Shown in pieces: positions 19,874-28,561 of a stretch of DNA of 44,897 nt. Made by a program: the position numbers and the translations under genes. Position 1 is the stretch's first letter. The number at the start of each line of letters is the position of its first letter. The notes beneath the pieces are model-generated. The model worked only from the letters and a program-made list of their open reading frames with translations, was not told where the DNA came from and searched no databases. This stretch comes from Candidatus Borrarchaeota archaeon (GTDB taxonomy: Archaea > Asgardarchaeota > Sifarchaeia > Borrarchaeales > Borrarchaeaceae): NCBI GenBank assembly GCA_016840315.1, contig JAEOSO010000001.1:1-44897 (forward strand), written 5' to 3'.

Positions 19874-20440
19874 TTAAATGATTCTTAGGCCAAGGAGTTT
19901 ACATATTTCTTGATAAACATATTCCATGTTCGCTCTATTTGGTGTTAGCACTTTTACGTCTGAACTAGACTTTAATAATCGCACGAACGGATGATTAATC
20001 ATGCCCATCGTACCTACAACAGGCTTACTCGAATTTAGTCCTTTTTCAACAACCTTTTGGAATTTTTCGGAAAACAGTTCCATCTTTCCAATCTCATCAA
20101 TTACGATTAAATCACATTTTTCTATAGCGGAGTTTATTGCGGTGAGGGCGAGCTCATCAAAGGCATTAATATCTACACCATATTTGCTGACTTTGAACAT
20201 GCTTTTAATATTAATGTGGGCTAAAATTTCCTTTTTCCTAGTATAAAGATCAACTACCCAGAAACCTACACGTCTATTTTTTTCCTTAATCTCAGGAGTT
20301 ACGATTCCTCCAACGTTGTACCCTTTTTTTTTCAACATAGAACAAAGTTTTCCAATCAACGTACTTTTTCCAGTTCTGGGAGGCGCTTGTATGAGTGCAT
20401 TCATCTTTTTAAGCGAGACGAAATCGGGCATACAACTCAC
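19874..20440 (-). CDS. THEP1-type nucleoside-triphosphatase
   Basis: P-loop APPRTGKST and Walker B VIDEIGKMELFSEKF, about 180 aa. The start could be ATG 20404. Confidence 0.7.
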   Translation of the reverse strand: MSCMPDFVSLKKMNALIQAPPRTGKSTLIGKLCSMLKKKGYNVGGIVTPEIKEKNRRVGFWVVDLYTRKKEILAHINIKSMFKVSKYGVDINAFDELALTAINSAIEKCDLIVIDEIGKMELFSEKFQKVVEKGLNSSKPVVGTMGMINHPFVRLLKSSSDVKVLTPNRANMEYVYQEICKLLGLRII

Positions 20441-20644
20441 TAATCCTGTAGAGCATTGTATAATGTAATGGTTTTATAGACTTTCAAATTTGACAAAACA
20501 TAATAAAACTTCTACTAATTCATCATATCGAAAAAAGCTTTATCTTTGACATGAACAAAGCCTAATTAAATCCTCAAGAGAAGGTTAGAATTGATGAAAT
20601 AATGCTCTTACACTAACTGATAAGAACAAGTAAGTGACAACGAA

Positions 20645-21925
20645 ATGAACGAATTTTACACACCCACTGCAATTTTAGTCGAGCGAAGGCGCAAAGAAGA
20701 AAGATCAAGAATTGCTGAACTCAATACGTTGGCTTTAGACGCAGGATACAATGTCATCGACGTTTTAAACCAAATTGGAAAACCTAACTCTTCTACCTTA
20801 ATCGGAAAAGGAAAAGTTAAGGAACTAGTAGAACTTGTGAATCAAATACAACCCTCTAAGGTTATTTTTGAGAATGAGTTGAAACCAATTCAGGTCTATA
20901 ATCTCCAGAAACAACTCAATTGTGAAGTCATTAGTAAAACAGAACTAATACTCGAAATATTCGCCTTGAGAGCAGGTTCTAAGGAAGCAAAACTTCAAAT
21001 AGAACTCGCCCGTCTTAGATATGAACTCCCACGCCTGAAAGAATATGTTAGTCTCTCTAAGAAAACAGAATCACCAGGATTTCACGGACCTGGTGGGTAT
21101 GCTATCGAAAGACATTATGAATCGGCAAAAGGCAAAATAAAAAGAACACAAAATAAATTGGAGCAGTACAGGCAGAGAAGAACAGTTATTAGAACAAGAA
21201 GAAAAAAATTGGACTTCTCACTCGTCGCATTGATGGGTTATACGAATTCAGGCAAAAGTTCATTACTTAATGCGCTGACTGAAAGTTCTGTTCCTGTAGC
21301 AAACAAACTTTTCACAACATTGAATACATTTACAAGACTTTTAAACGTCAGGGGTCGTAAGATTCTAATAACCGATACAGTGGGTCTCGTGGACGGTCTT
21401 TCTCATAAGATGATCCGTGCCTTCCACAGTACGTTAGAAGAAATAAACCTAGCAGACGTTATTGCTATATTAGTGGATATTAGTGATTCAATTGACGAGA
21501 TAAGTCGCAAATACACAGTTTGTCTACAAACATTGAAAGATATTACGGTGGGCAACACGAAACCCTATTTTGTTGTAGCTAATAAAGTGGATCTTTGTGA
21601 TGAACTAGAAATTGAAGAGAAGATGCTATTATTTAGAAATAAGGTGTGTATACCTGCTTCTACATGTCAAAAAATTAATCTTGATAGAATAAGAGCGGCT
21701 ATTATGGATTTTCTTCCTATACAACGCGCATATATCACTGTACCCTCAAACGGTAAAGTCATGAGTTTTATTTCATGGCTTTATGATCAAGCATTTATCC
21801 TCGATCAGCAACATGTGAACTCAGAAATTTCTCTTGAAATTGAAGCGTCATCTCAGGTGATGGCTAAGGCAAAAAAATACGTGAACGACCTTAAAGGATC
21901 ATTTGTTATCCAAAACAACATTTGA
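20645..21925 (+). CDS. hflX: GTPase HflX
   Basis: HflX N-domain (LIGKGKVKEL, LILEIFALRA) and G-domain GYTNSGKSSLLNALT, DTVG, NKVD. Confidence 0.85.
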   Translation: MNEFYTPTAILVERRRKEERSRIAELNTLALDAGYNVIDVLNQIGKPNSSTLIGKGKVKELVELVNQIQPSKVIFENELKPIQVYNLQKQLNCEVISKTELILEIFALRAGSKEAKLQIELARLRYELPRLKEYVSLSKKTESPGFHGPGGYAIERHYESAKGKIKRTQNKLEQYRQRRTVIRTRRKKLDFSLVALMGYTNSGKSSLLNALTESSVPVANKLFTTLNTFTRLLNVRGRKILITDTVGLVDGLSHKMIRAFHSTLEEINLADVIAILVDISDSIDEISRKYTVCLQTLKDITVGNTKPYFVVANKVDLCDELEIEEKMLLFRNKVCIPASTCQKINLDRIRAAIMDFLPIQRAYITVPSNGKVMSFISWLYDQAFILDQQHVNSEISLEIEASSQVMAKAKKYVNDLKGSFVIQNNI

Positions 21926-22015
21926 GTTAGTTACGTCTGTCAGAGGTCCACGTCTTAAAGTATGGGCTCAAGATGACGTAAGCCGCAAGCGTTGATTATT
22001 TTTATAGTTTGGAAT

Positions 22016-22234
22016 ATGAAACGGTCAATGCTTGAGATCGTTAAAATACTTTTTGAAACTCTTGATGAAAATGGGTCAAATCCATTTATTCGCACCAAAG
22101 AGATCGTTGAGAAAACCGGCATAAGTCATCGTTCTCTAAAGCCGCTTGTTGAATTGATTCAGTTTATTCAAAAACTAAAAACCCTAAAATTTCTCCAACA
22201 ATCGCCAAGAGTAACACTCTATTTTCTTGAGTGA
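22016..22234 (+). CDS. Small winged-helix-like hypothetical protein
   Basis: 72 aa, IRTKEIVEKTGISHRSLKPLVELIQ helix-turn-helix-like. Weak call. Confidence 0.3.
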   Translation: MKRSMLEIVKILFETLDENGSNPFIRTKEIVEKTGISHRSLKPLVELIQFIQKLKTLKFLQQSPRVTLYFLE

Positions 22235-22451
22235 GGAGGGCATTTTTAAAAGGAAAAAGTTCACAGGGAGCAGATTCTTAGAACGTATGTTCAAATTGAA
22301 CTCAAACGCTGTGCTGTAACAACCTGCTCTCATCGGTAATCACAACGACTACCGCAAGCTGAAAGTTGAATAAATCTTCCTGGCAAGTATTCTCTAAGGT
22401 CATCAGTCAATTCAAATAACTCGAATGCCATAATTTCCTCAGTTCTCCAAA

Positions 22452-23072
22452 TTATTCCTTTTCCTTCTTCTTTTTACGAAATTTCACGACCTCTCCAAGT
22501 GTTGTAAAATCTTTTCCCTTCGTTGGAGGTGGCGAATATTCCTCCTTCTCAATAGGTTTGTGGATTGTGATGTTTAGCGTACGCTCCAGCTTTATAATAC
22601 TCTTAGGATCGGTAGGTTTCACCCGCCCAGTTTCAATTTTTTGAATAACTGATCCCTTTTCATTTAATTCTTGGCCAAGTTCTTCTTGCGTCAATTCCAT
22701 TTTTTCTCGAGCTTTTCGAATAAGAGTTGAGTAATTCTCTACAATTTCATAACGTGTTGCCCATTTCTCTGGAGAGGGGATAGATACCTTTTTTCTCCTA
22801 CTTCTAGGAGTAGGTGTTCGAGTAGTGGTTCCTTTTTTCCTTCTTCGAACAGGGCTGACAGAAGTTGCGGAAGTGACTGGAGGCGCCCTTTTTATTGCCT
22901 CACCAAATCGCGCGCAATTACCACAGACCATCATTTTAGTCCCTTCAATCATTCTTTCAATCCCTCGACCTTCAATTACGCTTCCACATATCTCGCAATA
23001 TCTTACTACATTTCTTTTTGGCAAATTTATCCCCTCAGACTTGTACAATAGCCATTCCAAGAATAAGAGCAT
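22452..23072 (-). CDS. mbf1: Multiprotein bridging factor 1 (aMBF1)
   Basis: N-terminal zinc ribbon CEICG..CGNC, an Arg/Pro/Thr-rich linker and a C-terminal XRE HTH (LTQEELGQELNEKGSVIQKIETG). The true start may be the internal TTG preceded by GAGGGG. Confidence 0.7.
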   Translation of the reverse strand: MLLFLEWLLYKSEGINLPKRNVVRYCEICGSVIEGRGIERMIEGTKMMVCGNCARFGEAIKRAPPVTSATSVSPVRRRKKGTTTRTPTPRSRRKKVSIPSPEKWATRYEIVENYSTLIRKAREKMELTQEELGQELNEKGSVIQKIETGRVKPTDPKSIIKLERTLNITIHKPIEKEEYSPPPTKGKDFTTLGEVVKFRKKKKEKE

Positions 23073-23224
23073 AGGGAGAATTTCATGAAATATAATCTTT
23101 CTGATAAAAATAAACCTTTGTTTTTGACAAAATTGCTATAGTTTCCCTTTTTGGGTAGAAATATAAAAACACATTTATTCGTTACTGCGTTCAATAAGAC
23201 TAATGAGTGAACTGAGGGAACTTG

Positions 23225-24568
23225 ATGAACGAAGGTACAGAATCACCAAACGACAGAGAAGAATTTGCAAGTGATGTGATAAGAACACTTGAAAATAGAA
23301 TTCGTATGATAGAGACAGAAAGAGAGATACTTAAGGCTGATAAAATCAAACTAGAGCGCGAACTTGAGGAATTGGTCTCGAAACTGGAACGAAAGACGGG
23401 AATGATGAAACACTTTGAGCAAAGGATTCGTACTCTTGAGACAGAAAAGCAAATAATCAAAACTGATAAAACCAAACTGGAACGAGAGCTTCAAACATTA
23501 CATACTGAACTTGAGCAGTTAAGGGCACCTCCACTTTTAGCAGGTAGTATTAGTGATGTCTTGAAAGACAATCGTGTCATCGTAAAAAGTACTACAGGTC
23601 CTCATTTTGTTGTTCAAGTGTCGCCTTCCCTTCCCAAAGAATCAATTATTGCAGGCTCAAGAGTGGCGCTCAACCAGCGTTCGATGTCTATCGTCGAAAT
23701 ATTGCCTCCCGTCATGGATCCAATGGTCAGCGGGATGGAGGTCGAAGAAGCACCACAGGTGACTTACCAAGACATCGGTGGCTTGAGCGATCAAATCAAA
23801 GAGATACGTGAGATTGTTGAACTGCCTCTATTGAGACCAGAACTCTTTGAGCAGGTGGGAATCGAACCTCCAAAGGGATTACTCCTTTACGGATCTCCGG
23901 GCACAGGTAAGACCTTATTAGCACGGGCTGTCGCCCATGAAACGTCGGCATTATTCATTCGTGTTATTGGCTCTGAATTAGTTCAGAAGTACATTGGTGA
24001 GGGCGCGCGCTTAGTTCGTGAAATTTTCACTTTTGCGCGAGATAAATCACCGAGTATTGTTTTTATTGATGAGTTAGATGCCATTGGCGGAAAAAGACTA
24101 GAGATAGCTACAAGTGGTGATAGAGAGGTACAGAGAACACTCATGCAACTATTGAGTGCGATGGATGGATTTGACCCAAGAGGAGATGTCAAACTTATTG
24201 CTGCTACTAATCGGCCAGATATACTAGACCCTGCACTTCTTCGCCCTGGTCGCTTCGATCGAATTATCGAGATTCCCTTGCCAAATAAGGAAGCAGGAAT
24301 TACAATATATAAAATACATGCCAGTAAAATGAAATTGGATTCCGAAATTGACTTTTCTCGGTTGATGAATGCAAGCGAAGGCGCAACTGGCGCTGACATC
24401 AAGAATATTTGTACGGAAGCCGGAATGTTTGCAATTCGTCGAATATTTGCTCGTCCTGAAGAAAAGGATGAGTCAATTCGAGTTACAGTAGATGATTTCG
24501 AAAATGCTATTGAAAAAGTCTTAGGAAAAAGCAGAGATAGTGCACGAAAAGTACAGTTCTACGCCTAA
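23225..24568 (+). CDS. pan: Proteasome-activating nucleotidase
   Basis: Coiled coil, OB domain and AAA+ motifs (GLLLYGSPGTGKTLLA, IVFIDELDA). The C-terminal F-Y-A fits the HbYX motif. Confidence 0.9.
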   Translation: MNEGTESPNDREEFASDVIRTLENRIRMIETEREILKADKIKLERELEELVSKLERKTGMMKHFEQRIRTLETEKQIIKTDKTKLERELQTLHTELEQLRAPPLLAGSISDVLKDNRVIVKSTTGPHFVVQVSPSLPKESIIAGSRVALNQRSMSIVEILPPVMDPMVSGMEVEEAPQVTYQDIGGLSDQIKEIREIVELPLLRPELFEQVGIEPPKGLLLYGSPGTGKTLLARAVAHETSALFIRVIGSELVQKYIGEGARLVREIFTFARDKSPSIVFIDELDAIGGKRLEIATSGDREVQRTLMQLLSAMDGFDPRGDVKLIAATNRPDILDPALLRPGRFDRIIEIPLPNKEAGITIYKIHASKMKLDSEIDFSRLMNASEGATGADIKNICTEAGMFAIRRIFARPEEKDESIRVTVDDFENAIEKVLGKSRDSARKVQFYA

Positions 24569-24569
24569 A

Positions 24570-24630
24570 GTCAACTACCCCACCCTAAAGGAAAGGGGCT
24601 TCCAGAGGCGGGAGTCGTGAAGTCATTCTG
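24570..24630 (+). mobile_element. Solo remnant resembling the left-end hairpin region of the IscB element
   Basis: GTCAACTACCCCACCCTAAAGGAAAGGGGCTTCCAGAGG aligns with 28251-28290 GTCAATTACCCCTCCCTGTCGGAAGGGGCTTGAAAGAG. GC-rich patch directly after the pan stop. Confidence 0.35.
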
Positions 24631-24705
24631 TTGAATAGATATTTTAATGCGCTTAAGATCTGCACTAAAATAAATTGTAGGATAGAAGTTTATTCCCAAC
24701 TCGTC

Positions 24706-25905
24706 CTATTTTTTAGGGCTAATCACACCTTTTTTATGAAGTGATTCAATTTCCTTTTTTGAATAATCAAGAGATCTTAGAATTTCATCAGTATGCTCGC
24801 CATATCCAGGCGCTCTCGCTCTGATACTACCGGGGGTTTCTGAAAACTTGAATGGCATACCTATACACTTGATAATGCCCACACGTTCATCTTCAAAATC
24901 TACAATCATCTCACGTGCTTGAACTTGTGGATCATTCATTATTTCATCTAATTCATTGACTGGTGAAATGCAAATATCGGTCTGTTTTGAGATTTCAAGC
25001 CATTCATCTCTGGTTTTAGTCGATATAGCGTTCTTTAGGCAATCAATAATTTCTTTTTTCTTCTTACCTGTTGATTCTTGTACATCAATTAAATCCTCTC
25101 TATCAATAGCAGTGCAGAGGTTCCTCCAAAACTTTAACTCCAATGCGCTAATAGCAATGAATTTATTATCCCTTGTTTTGTAGATCCCATAGCCCGGGCG
25201 CCCTCCAGTCAATAAGTCATCGCCTCTCATGGGAATCTCTTTTGACGCCCAATATCGTGGAAATGTAAACGCTAGCCATGTTAGCGCTCCATCTAACATT
25301 GCAACATCAATGTATTGTCCTTTACCTGTTTTATTACGGGCAATTATTGCCATCAAAATAGCGATGGCTGCATTTAGACCGCCAGCGCCAATATCTGCCA
25401 CTTGGACTCCCATTAACTTTGGTTGATCAGGCTCTCCCGTTAAACTGCCAACCCCTGCCACCCCCAGATAATTCACATCGTGACCAGGCAGATCTTTATA
25501 AGGCCCATTCTGCCCATATCCCGATAATGAACAATAAATAATCTGTGGATTAATTCTTCTGAGTGTTTCGTAATCAATCTGAAGTTTTTTCATAACACCG
25601 GGTCTGAAACTCTCAAAAATCACATCTGACTTCTCGGCTAATTTATAGAAGATCTTCTGTCCTTGAGGATCTTTCAAGTTCAGGATAATTGATTTCTTAT
25701 TTCGGTTCAAATGAAGGAATGTCGCACTCTCTTTATATGCGCCCTTAGTGTAAAAAGGTGGCCATCGGCGTAAATAATCTCCTTGAATCGGATCCTCAAC
25801 TTTTATTACTTCCGCACCAAAGTCTGCCAGTAACATGGTGGCAAACGGTCCAGGTAGAAGCCGTGATAAATCAAGAATCCTGATTCCTTCTAAAGGTAAT
25901 GTCAT
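24706..25905 (-). CDS. Family III CoA-transferase (CaiB/BaiF / racemase-like)
   Basis: LEGIRILDLSRLLPGPFATMLLADFGAEVIKVE N-terminal signature, about 400 aa. Confidence 0.8.
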   Translation of the reverse strand: MTLPLEGIRILDLSRLLPGPFATMLLADFGAEVIKVEDPIQGDYLRRWPPFYTKGAYKESATFLHLNRNKKSIILNLKDPQGQKIFYKLAEKSDVIFESFRPGVMKKLQIDYETLRRINPQIIYCSLSGYGQNGPYKDLPGHDVNYLGVAGVGSLTGEPDQPKLMGVQVADIGAGGLNAAIAILMAIIARNKTGKGQYIDVAMLDGALTWLAFTFPRYWASKEIPMRGDDLLTGGRPGYGIYKTRDNKFIAISALELKFWRNLCTAIDREDLIDVQESTGKKKKEIIDCLKNAISTKTRDEWLEISKQTDICISPVNELDEIMNDPQVQAREMIVDFEDERVGIIKCIGMPFKFSETPGSIRARAPGYGEHTDEILRSLDYSKKEIESLHKKGVISPKK

Positions 25906-25931
25906 AAAAATTGCATTAGATGCAGTTTGTT

Positions 25932-26792
25932 CTAATAAGCCTTCAGATAGGCTGAAATCCTTCCATGTACGATTTTCGGAGCATAAGTCTTTACGAGCCT
26001 AATTTTTTTGTCCTTTATTTCGAAGCCAAGCGACTCGCTTGTTGTCTTTATCCTTTTCATGGGTAGATGAGGGAAATCATGGCGAGATAAAGTCTCATGA
26101 TAATGTATCCATCCCCCTTTTGGTTTTAATGCGTTAATACCTTTATGCAAGTATTTAAATGTATTAAACAAATAGCCAAGAATCACATGATCAGCACATT
26201 TCTCTGGTGCTACTTTAATGCAGTCACCCAGCAGGGGCGTTATTCGATCCTCAAGTTTGTTCAGACGGATATTTTCTCGTAAATAAGAATAAGCAAGTTC
26301 GTTAAGTTCTATCGCGACAATTTTTTTTGGTTCACTATTCTTACCAATGGGAATTGACCATTGTCCAACACACGCAAAAAAATCCACGACTACGTCATTC
26401 TTTTGGATGAACAAAGGTAATCGTTGGCGCTCTTCAGTGTTTCCAGGCGAAAACATTATTTTCAGTGGATCAAGCTTAAAAACACAGCCCGCCTCTTTAT
26501 GTATTGTTTCAGCATGCGGGTCTCCATATACAATTTCATACTGAGGAACCCGAAATTCGCCGATTATTTTCCCTATCTGCATTGCTGCTGTTTTTACAGG
26601 TCTGTGATCCACATCTAATAATAATTTACCGATAATTTCCTTCCAGGGAAGCAGTTTAGGATGAAGTTGAAAAAGAAGTACATGTCCTAAAATAAACCAT
26701 TTTATGGGGAGATATTGAAGGAGTTCTTCAGGAATTGTGCCTCTACACTTTTGATGAAGCGATTTAGCATCTACCATGTGATCTTTTCGCAC
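25932..26792 (-). CDS. Trm5/Tyw2 (Met-10+) family tRNA methyltransferase
   Basis: SAM-MTase core VVDFFACVGQWSIPIG and length typical of archaeal Trm5/Taw enzymes. Confidence 0.65.
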   Translation of the reverse strand: MRKDHMVDAKSLHQKCRGTIPEELLQYLPIKWFILGHVLLFQLHPKLLPWKEIIGKLLLDVDHRPVKTAAMQIGKIIGEFRVPQYEIVYGDPHAETIHKEAGCVFKLDPLKIMFSPGNTEERQRLPLFIQKNDVVVDFFACVGQWSIPIGKNSEPKKIVAIELNELAYSYLRENIRLNKLEDRITPLLGDCIKVAPEKCADHVILGYLFNTFKYLHKGINALKPKGGWIHYHETLSRHDFPHLPMKRIKTTSESLGFEIKDKKIRLVKTYAPKIVHGRISAYLKAY

Positions 26793-26801
26793 CTCATGTT
26801 A

Positions 26802-27179
26802 TCATAATGATTGAGTTTTTAAAGCAAGTATTGCTTTTGCTAAATCACCGCCAGCATCTTCAAGCGCTGCACGTGCTGTTTCGACGTCAACTCCTGCTTG
26901 CTGCGCAACTAAATGAACATCTTCCTCTGGAATCTCCACTACTGCTCCTTCTGCACTACCTACTTCACCGGAAAGTGGTCTTTCTTCAGTATCCTGTCCC
27001 ACTACTTGCCAAAGCTTTTGCCCCGCTTGTGTCATAACAGTGACTTGAGGCTCTTTTATTACTAGCTCTTTCTCTAAAGTCCGAATAATAACTTCTTGGA
27101 CATCTGATATTTCCTTAAGACCCATTTGCGCCATCATTCGTCGAAGTTGTCTTGGACTCATCTTCTTCTTCTTCACCAT
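26802..27179 (-). CDS. nac: Nascent polypeptide-associated complex protein
   Basis: NAC domain (MSPRQLRRMMAQMGLK..VIIRT) plus C-terminal UBA (VETARAALEDAGGDLAKAI). Confidence 0.85.
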   Translation of the reverse strand: MVKKKKMSPRQLRRMMAQMGLKEISDVQEVIIRTLEKELVIKEPQVTVMTQAGQKLWQVVGQDTEERPLSGEVGSAEGAVVEIPEEDVHLVAQQAGVDVETARAALEDAGGDLAKAILALKTQSL

Positions 27180-27343
27180 AAAATCACCACGAGAGAATCA
27201 ATTCTCCACCATCAAAGATGGATTTATTTGTAATTTGATTTTAATCTTTCGCGTCTTTCAAGAAAGATTTTGTAGAAATGATTTCATATATTAGAGAAGG
27301 AATAAGGCTAGTAATTGGTTAGAACAACTCAAGGCAGAGCACA

Positions 27344-27832
27344 TTATGGAGTTTTTTCGTCTATGCCTCGCCTTACCTTTACTGCTACCCCTCTCTGAAA
27401 GGCGAGCATTTCTTCTCCAGACAATACACTTTTTCCAACAGCAAGAAGGTTATCTAAACTATCTACTACAATCACTTCAGACTTAGGACGTATATCTGAA
27501 CTTGCCTTAAACACATGCTTTGCAAATACACTTCTGCCTTTTCTAACAAACGGAATGGACTCATCACTTACTTGGACCTTAAAACGGATTTCTCCTCGCG
27601 TTTTTTCTAAAATATCTTGTGCACCAATTAAGGTCAATGCAAAAAGTCCATCTTTCGGACGTAATGTTGCAAGCAGTTTATCATTTAAATAAACATAGCG
27701 AATCCGTTTTGTACTTGGTGAACATACTATATTTACTTCTGATGGAAACAAAATGTCTCCGATTTTGTCCCCAAATTGATAGTTTGCTATACCTCGAATT
27801 TTTCGAAGCATTTCCCACGATTCTAGATTCAT
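27344..27832 (-). CDS. PUA-domain RNA-binding protein
   Basis: N-terminal IRGIANYQFG motif and C-terminal PUA-like segment (VVVDSLDNLLAVGKSVLSGEEM). Confidence 0.6.
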   Translation of the reverse strand: MNLESWEMLRKIRGIANYQFGDKIGDILFPSEVNIVCSPSTKRIRYVYLNDKLLATLRPKDGLFALTLIGAQDILEKTRGEIRFKVQVSDESIPFVRKGRSVFAKHVFKASSDIRPKSEVIVVDSLDNLLAVGKSVLSGEEMLAFQRGVAVKVRRGIDEKTP

Positions 27833-27855
27833 GTAAACACCTCAAGGAAATTCAC

Positions 27856-28191
27856 GGCTTCAACTGTGGGAGGAATTGAGGAACGTTTCCACTTTCACAT
27901 AGGTCTCTCCACTTTTAAATATTTAAAAGACGATGGTAATAATATAATGAAAGTCGTGGTCACCGCGAAAGTCAAACTGACTGATTTTTCCCCATTACTT
28001 GACAAGGTAATGAGGGTCAATGCTCAAGCAGTCCAGTTTTACATTGATACGGCTTGGCAACACCACATTAAACACAAGACTCCACTCCATGCAAATTTAT
28101 ACAACGAACTCCGTGAACGCTCTGATCTCCATTTTCAATTGTGATCTCAACCGTAATTAAAAGCCCACTCCTTTAGGTGTGGGTAGTTTAC
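27856..28191 (+). mobile_element. Internally deleted TnpB element (N-terminal tnpB stub fused to its right end)
   Basis: The tnpB stub is followed within 50 nt by hairpin CCCAC-tcctttaggt-GTGGG and GTAGTTTAC (28183-28191). The right end closely resembles that of the 15369-16785 element. The left boundary is approximate. Confidence 0.45.
27947..28144 (+). pseudogene. tnpB: TnpB N-terminal fragment (65 codons)
   Basis: MKVVVTAKVKLTDFSPLLDKVMRVNAQAVQFYIDTAWQ..LHANLYNELRERSDL is a typical IS1341/TnpB N-terminus. It is truncated before any RuvC motif. Confidence 0.6.
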
Positions 28192-28250
28192 ATTCTTAAC
28201 CTACAGCGAATCAGATGTTAGGGCACTTTTCTTCAATGAATAAGTTCAAC

Positions 28251-28561
28251 GTCAATTACCCCTCCCTGTCGGAAGGGGCTTGAAAGAGTCCCTGTAGAGG
28301 GGTAGGAGATTAGCCTGAGTGATGTCTCCTCCAGGGTGGAGGCAGATGAACTACGTTCGGGGCTGAGTGTCTGAAAATCACCCCGGAATGCTCCTCAAGT
28401 TCCGGGCTCTGAAAGACATGGTGGACGACCCAGGTCGCTATCCTGAGACCTGCACCATCATCATGTCCTGTGCCTGCCCCAACATTGGCGATGAGGACCT
28501 ACCCGCTTCGGCGGAGCTGACCTTTACAGGTCGTTAAAGATAGTTAGTTTGGGAGTTGTTA
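28251..28561 (+). ncRNA. Predicted IscB omega RNA scaffold (upstream of and abutting iscB); limits approximate
   Basis: About 310 nt, non-coding and GC-rich. Many local stems: AGGAGA/TCTCCT, CCGGAA-11nt-TTCCGG, CCGC-TTCG-GCGG, GACCT-TTAC-AGGTC. Its position matches known IscB systems. Confidence 0.55.

Noticed and set aside
20591-20645. Possible C/D box sRNA (TTGATGA ... CTGA) upstream of hflX
   Set aside because: The box spacing is wrong (about 19 nt rather than about 12 nt between C and D'), there is no terminal D box and there is no terminal stem. It is more likely the hflX promoter or leader.
22290-22440. 32-codon minus-strand ORF (MAFELFELTDDLREYLPG..) between the small wHTH gene and mbf1
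   Set aside because: No ribosome-binding site, no recognisable family and very short. There is not enough support to call it.
23983-24402. 139-aa minus-strand ORF, and similar antisense ORFs at 3423-3626, 4579-4788, 13708-13926, 33239-33562, 39335-39658 and 40834-41105
   Set aside because: All lie fully inside, and opposite to, strongly recognisable genes (PAN, gatE, elp3, nop5, atpD, moxR, VWA). They are typical shadow ORFs.
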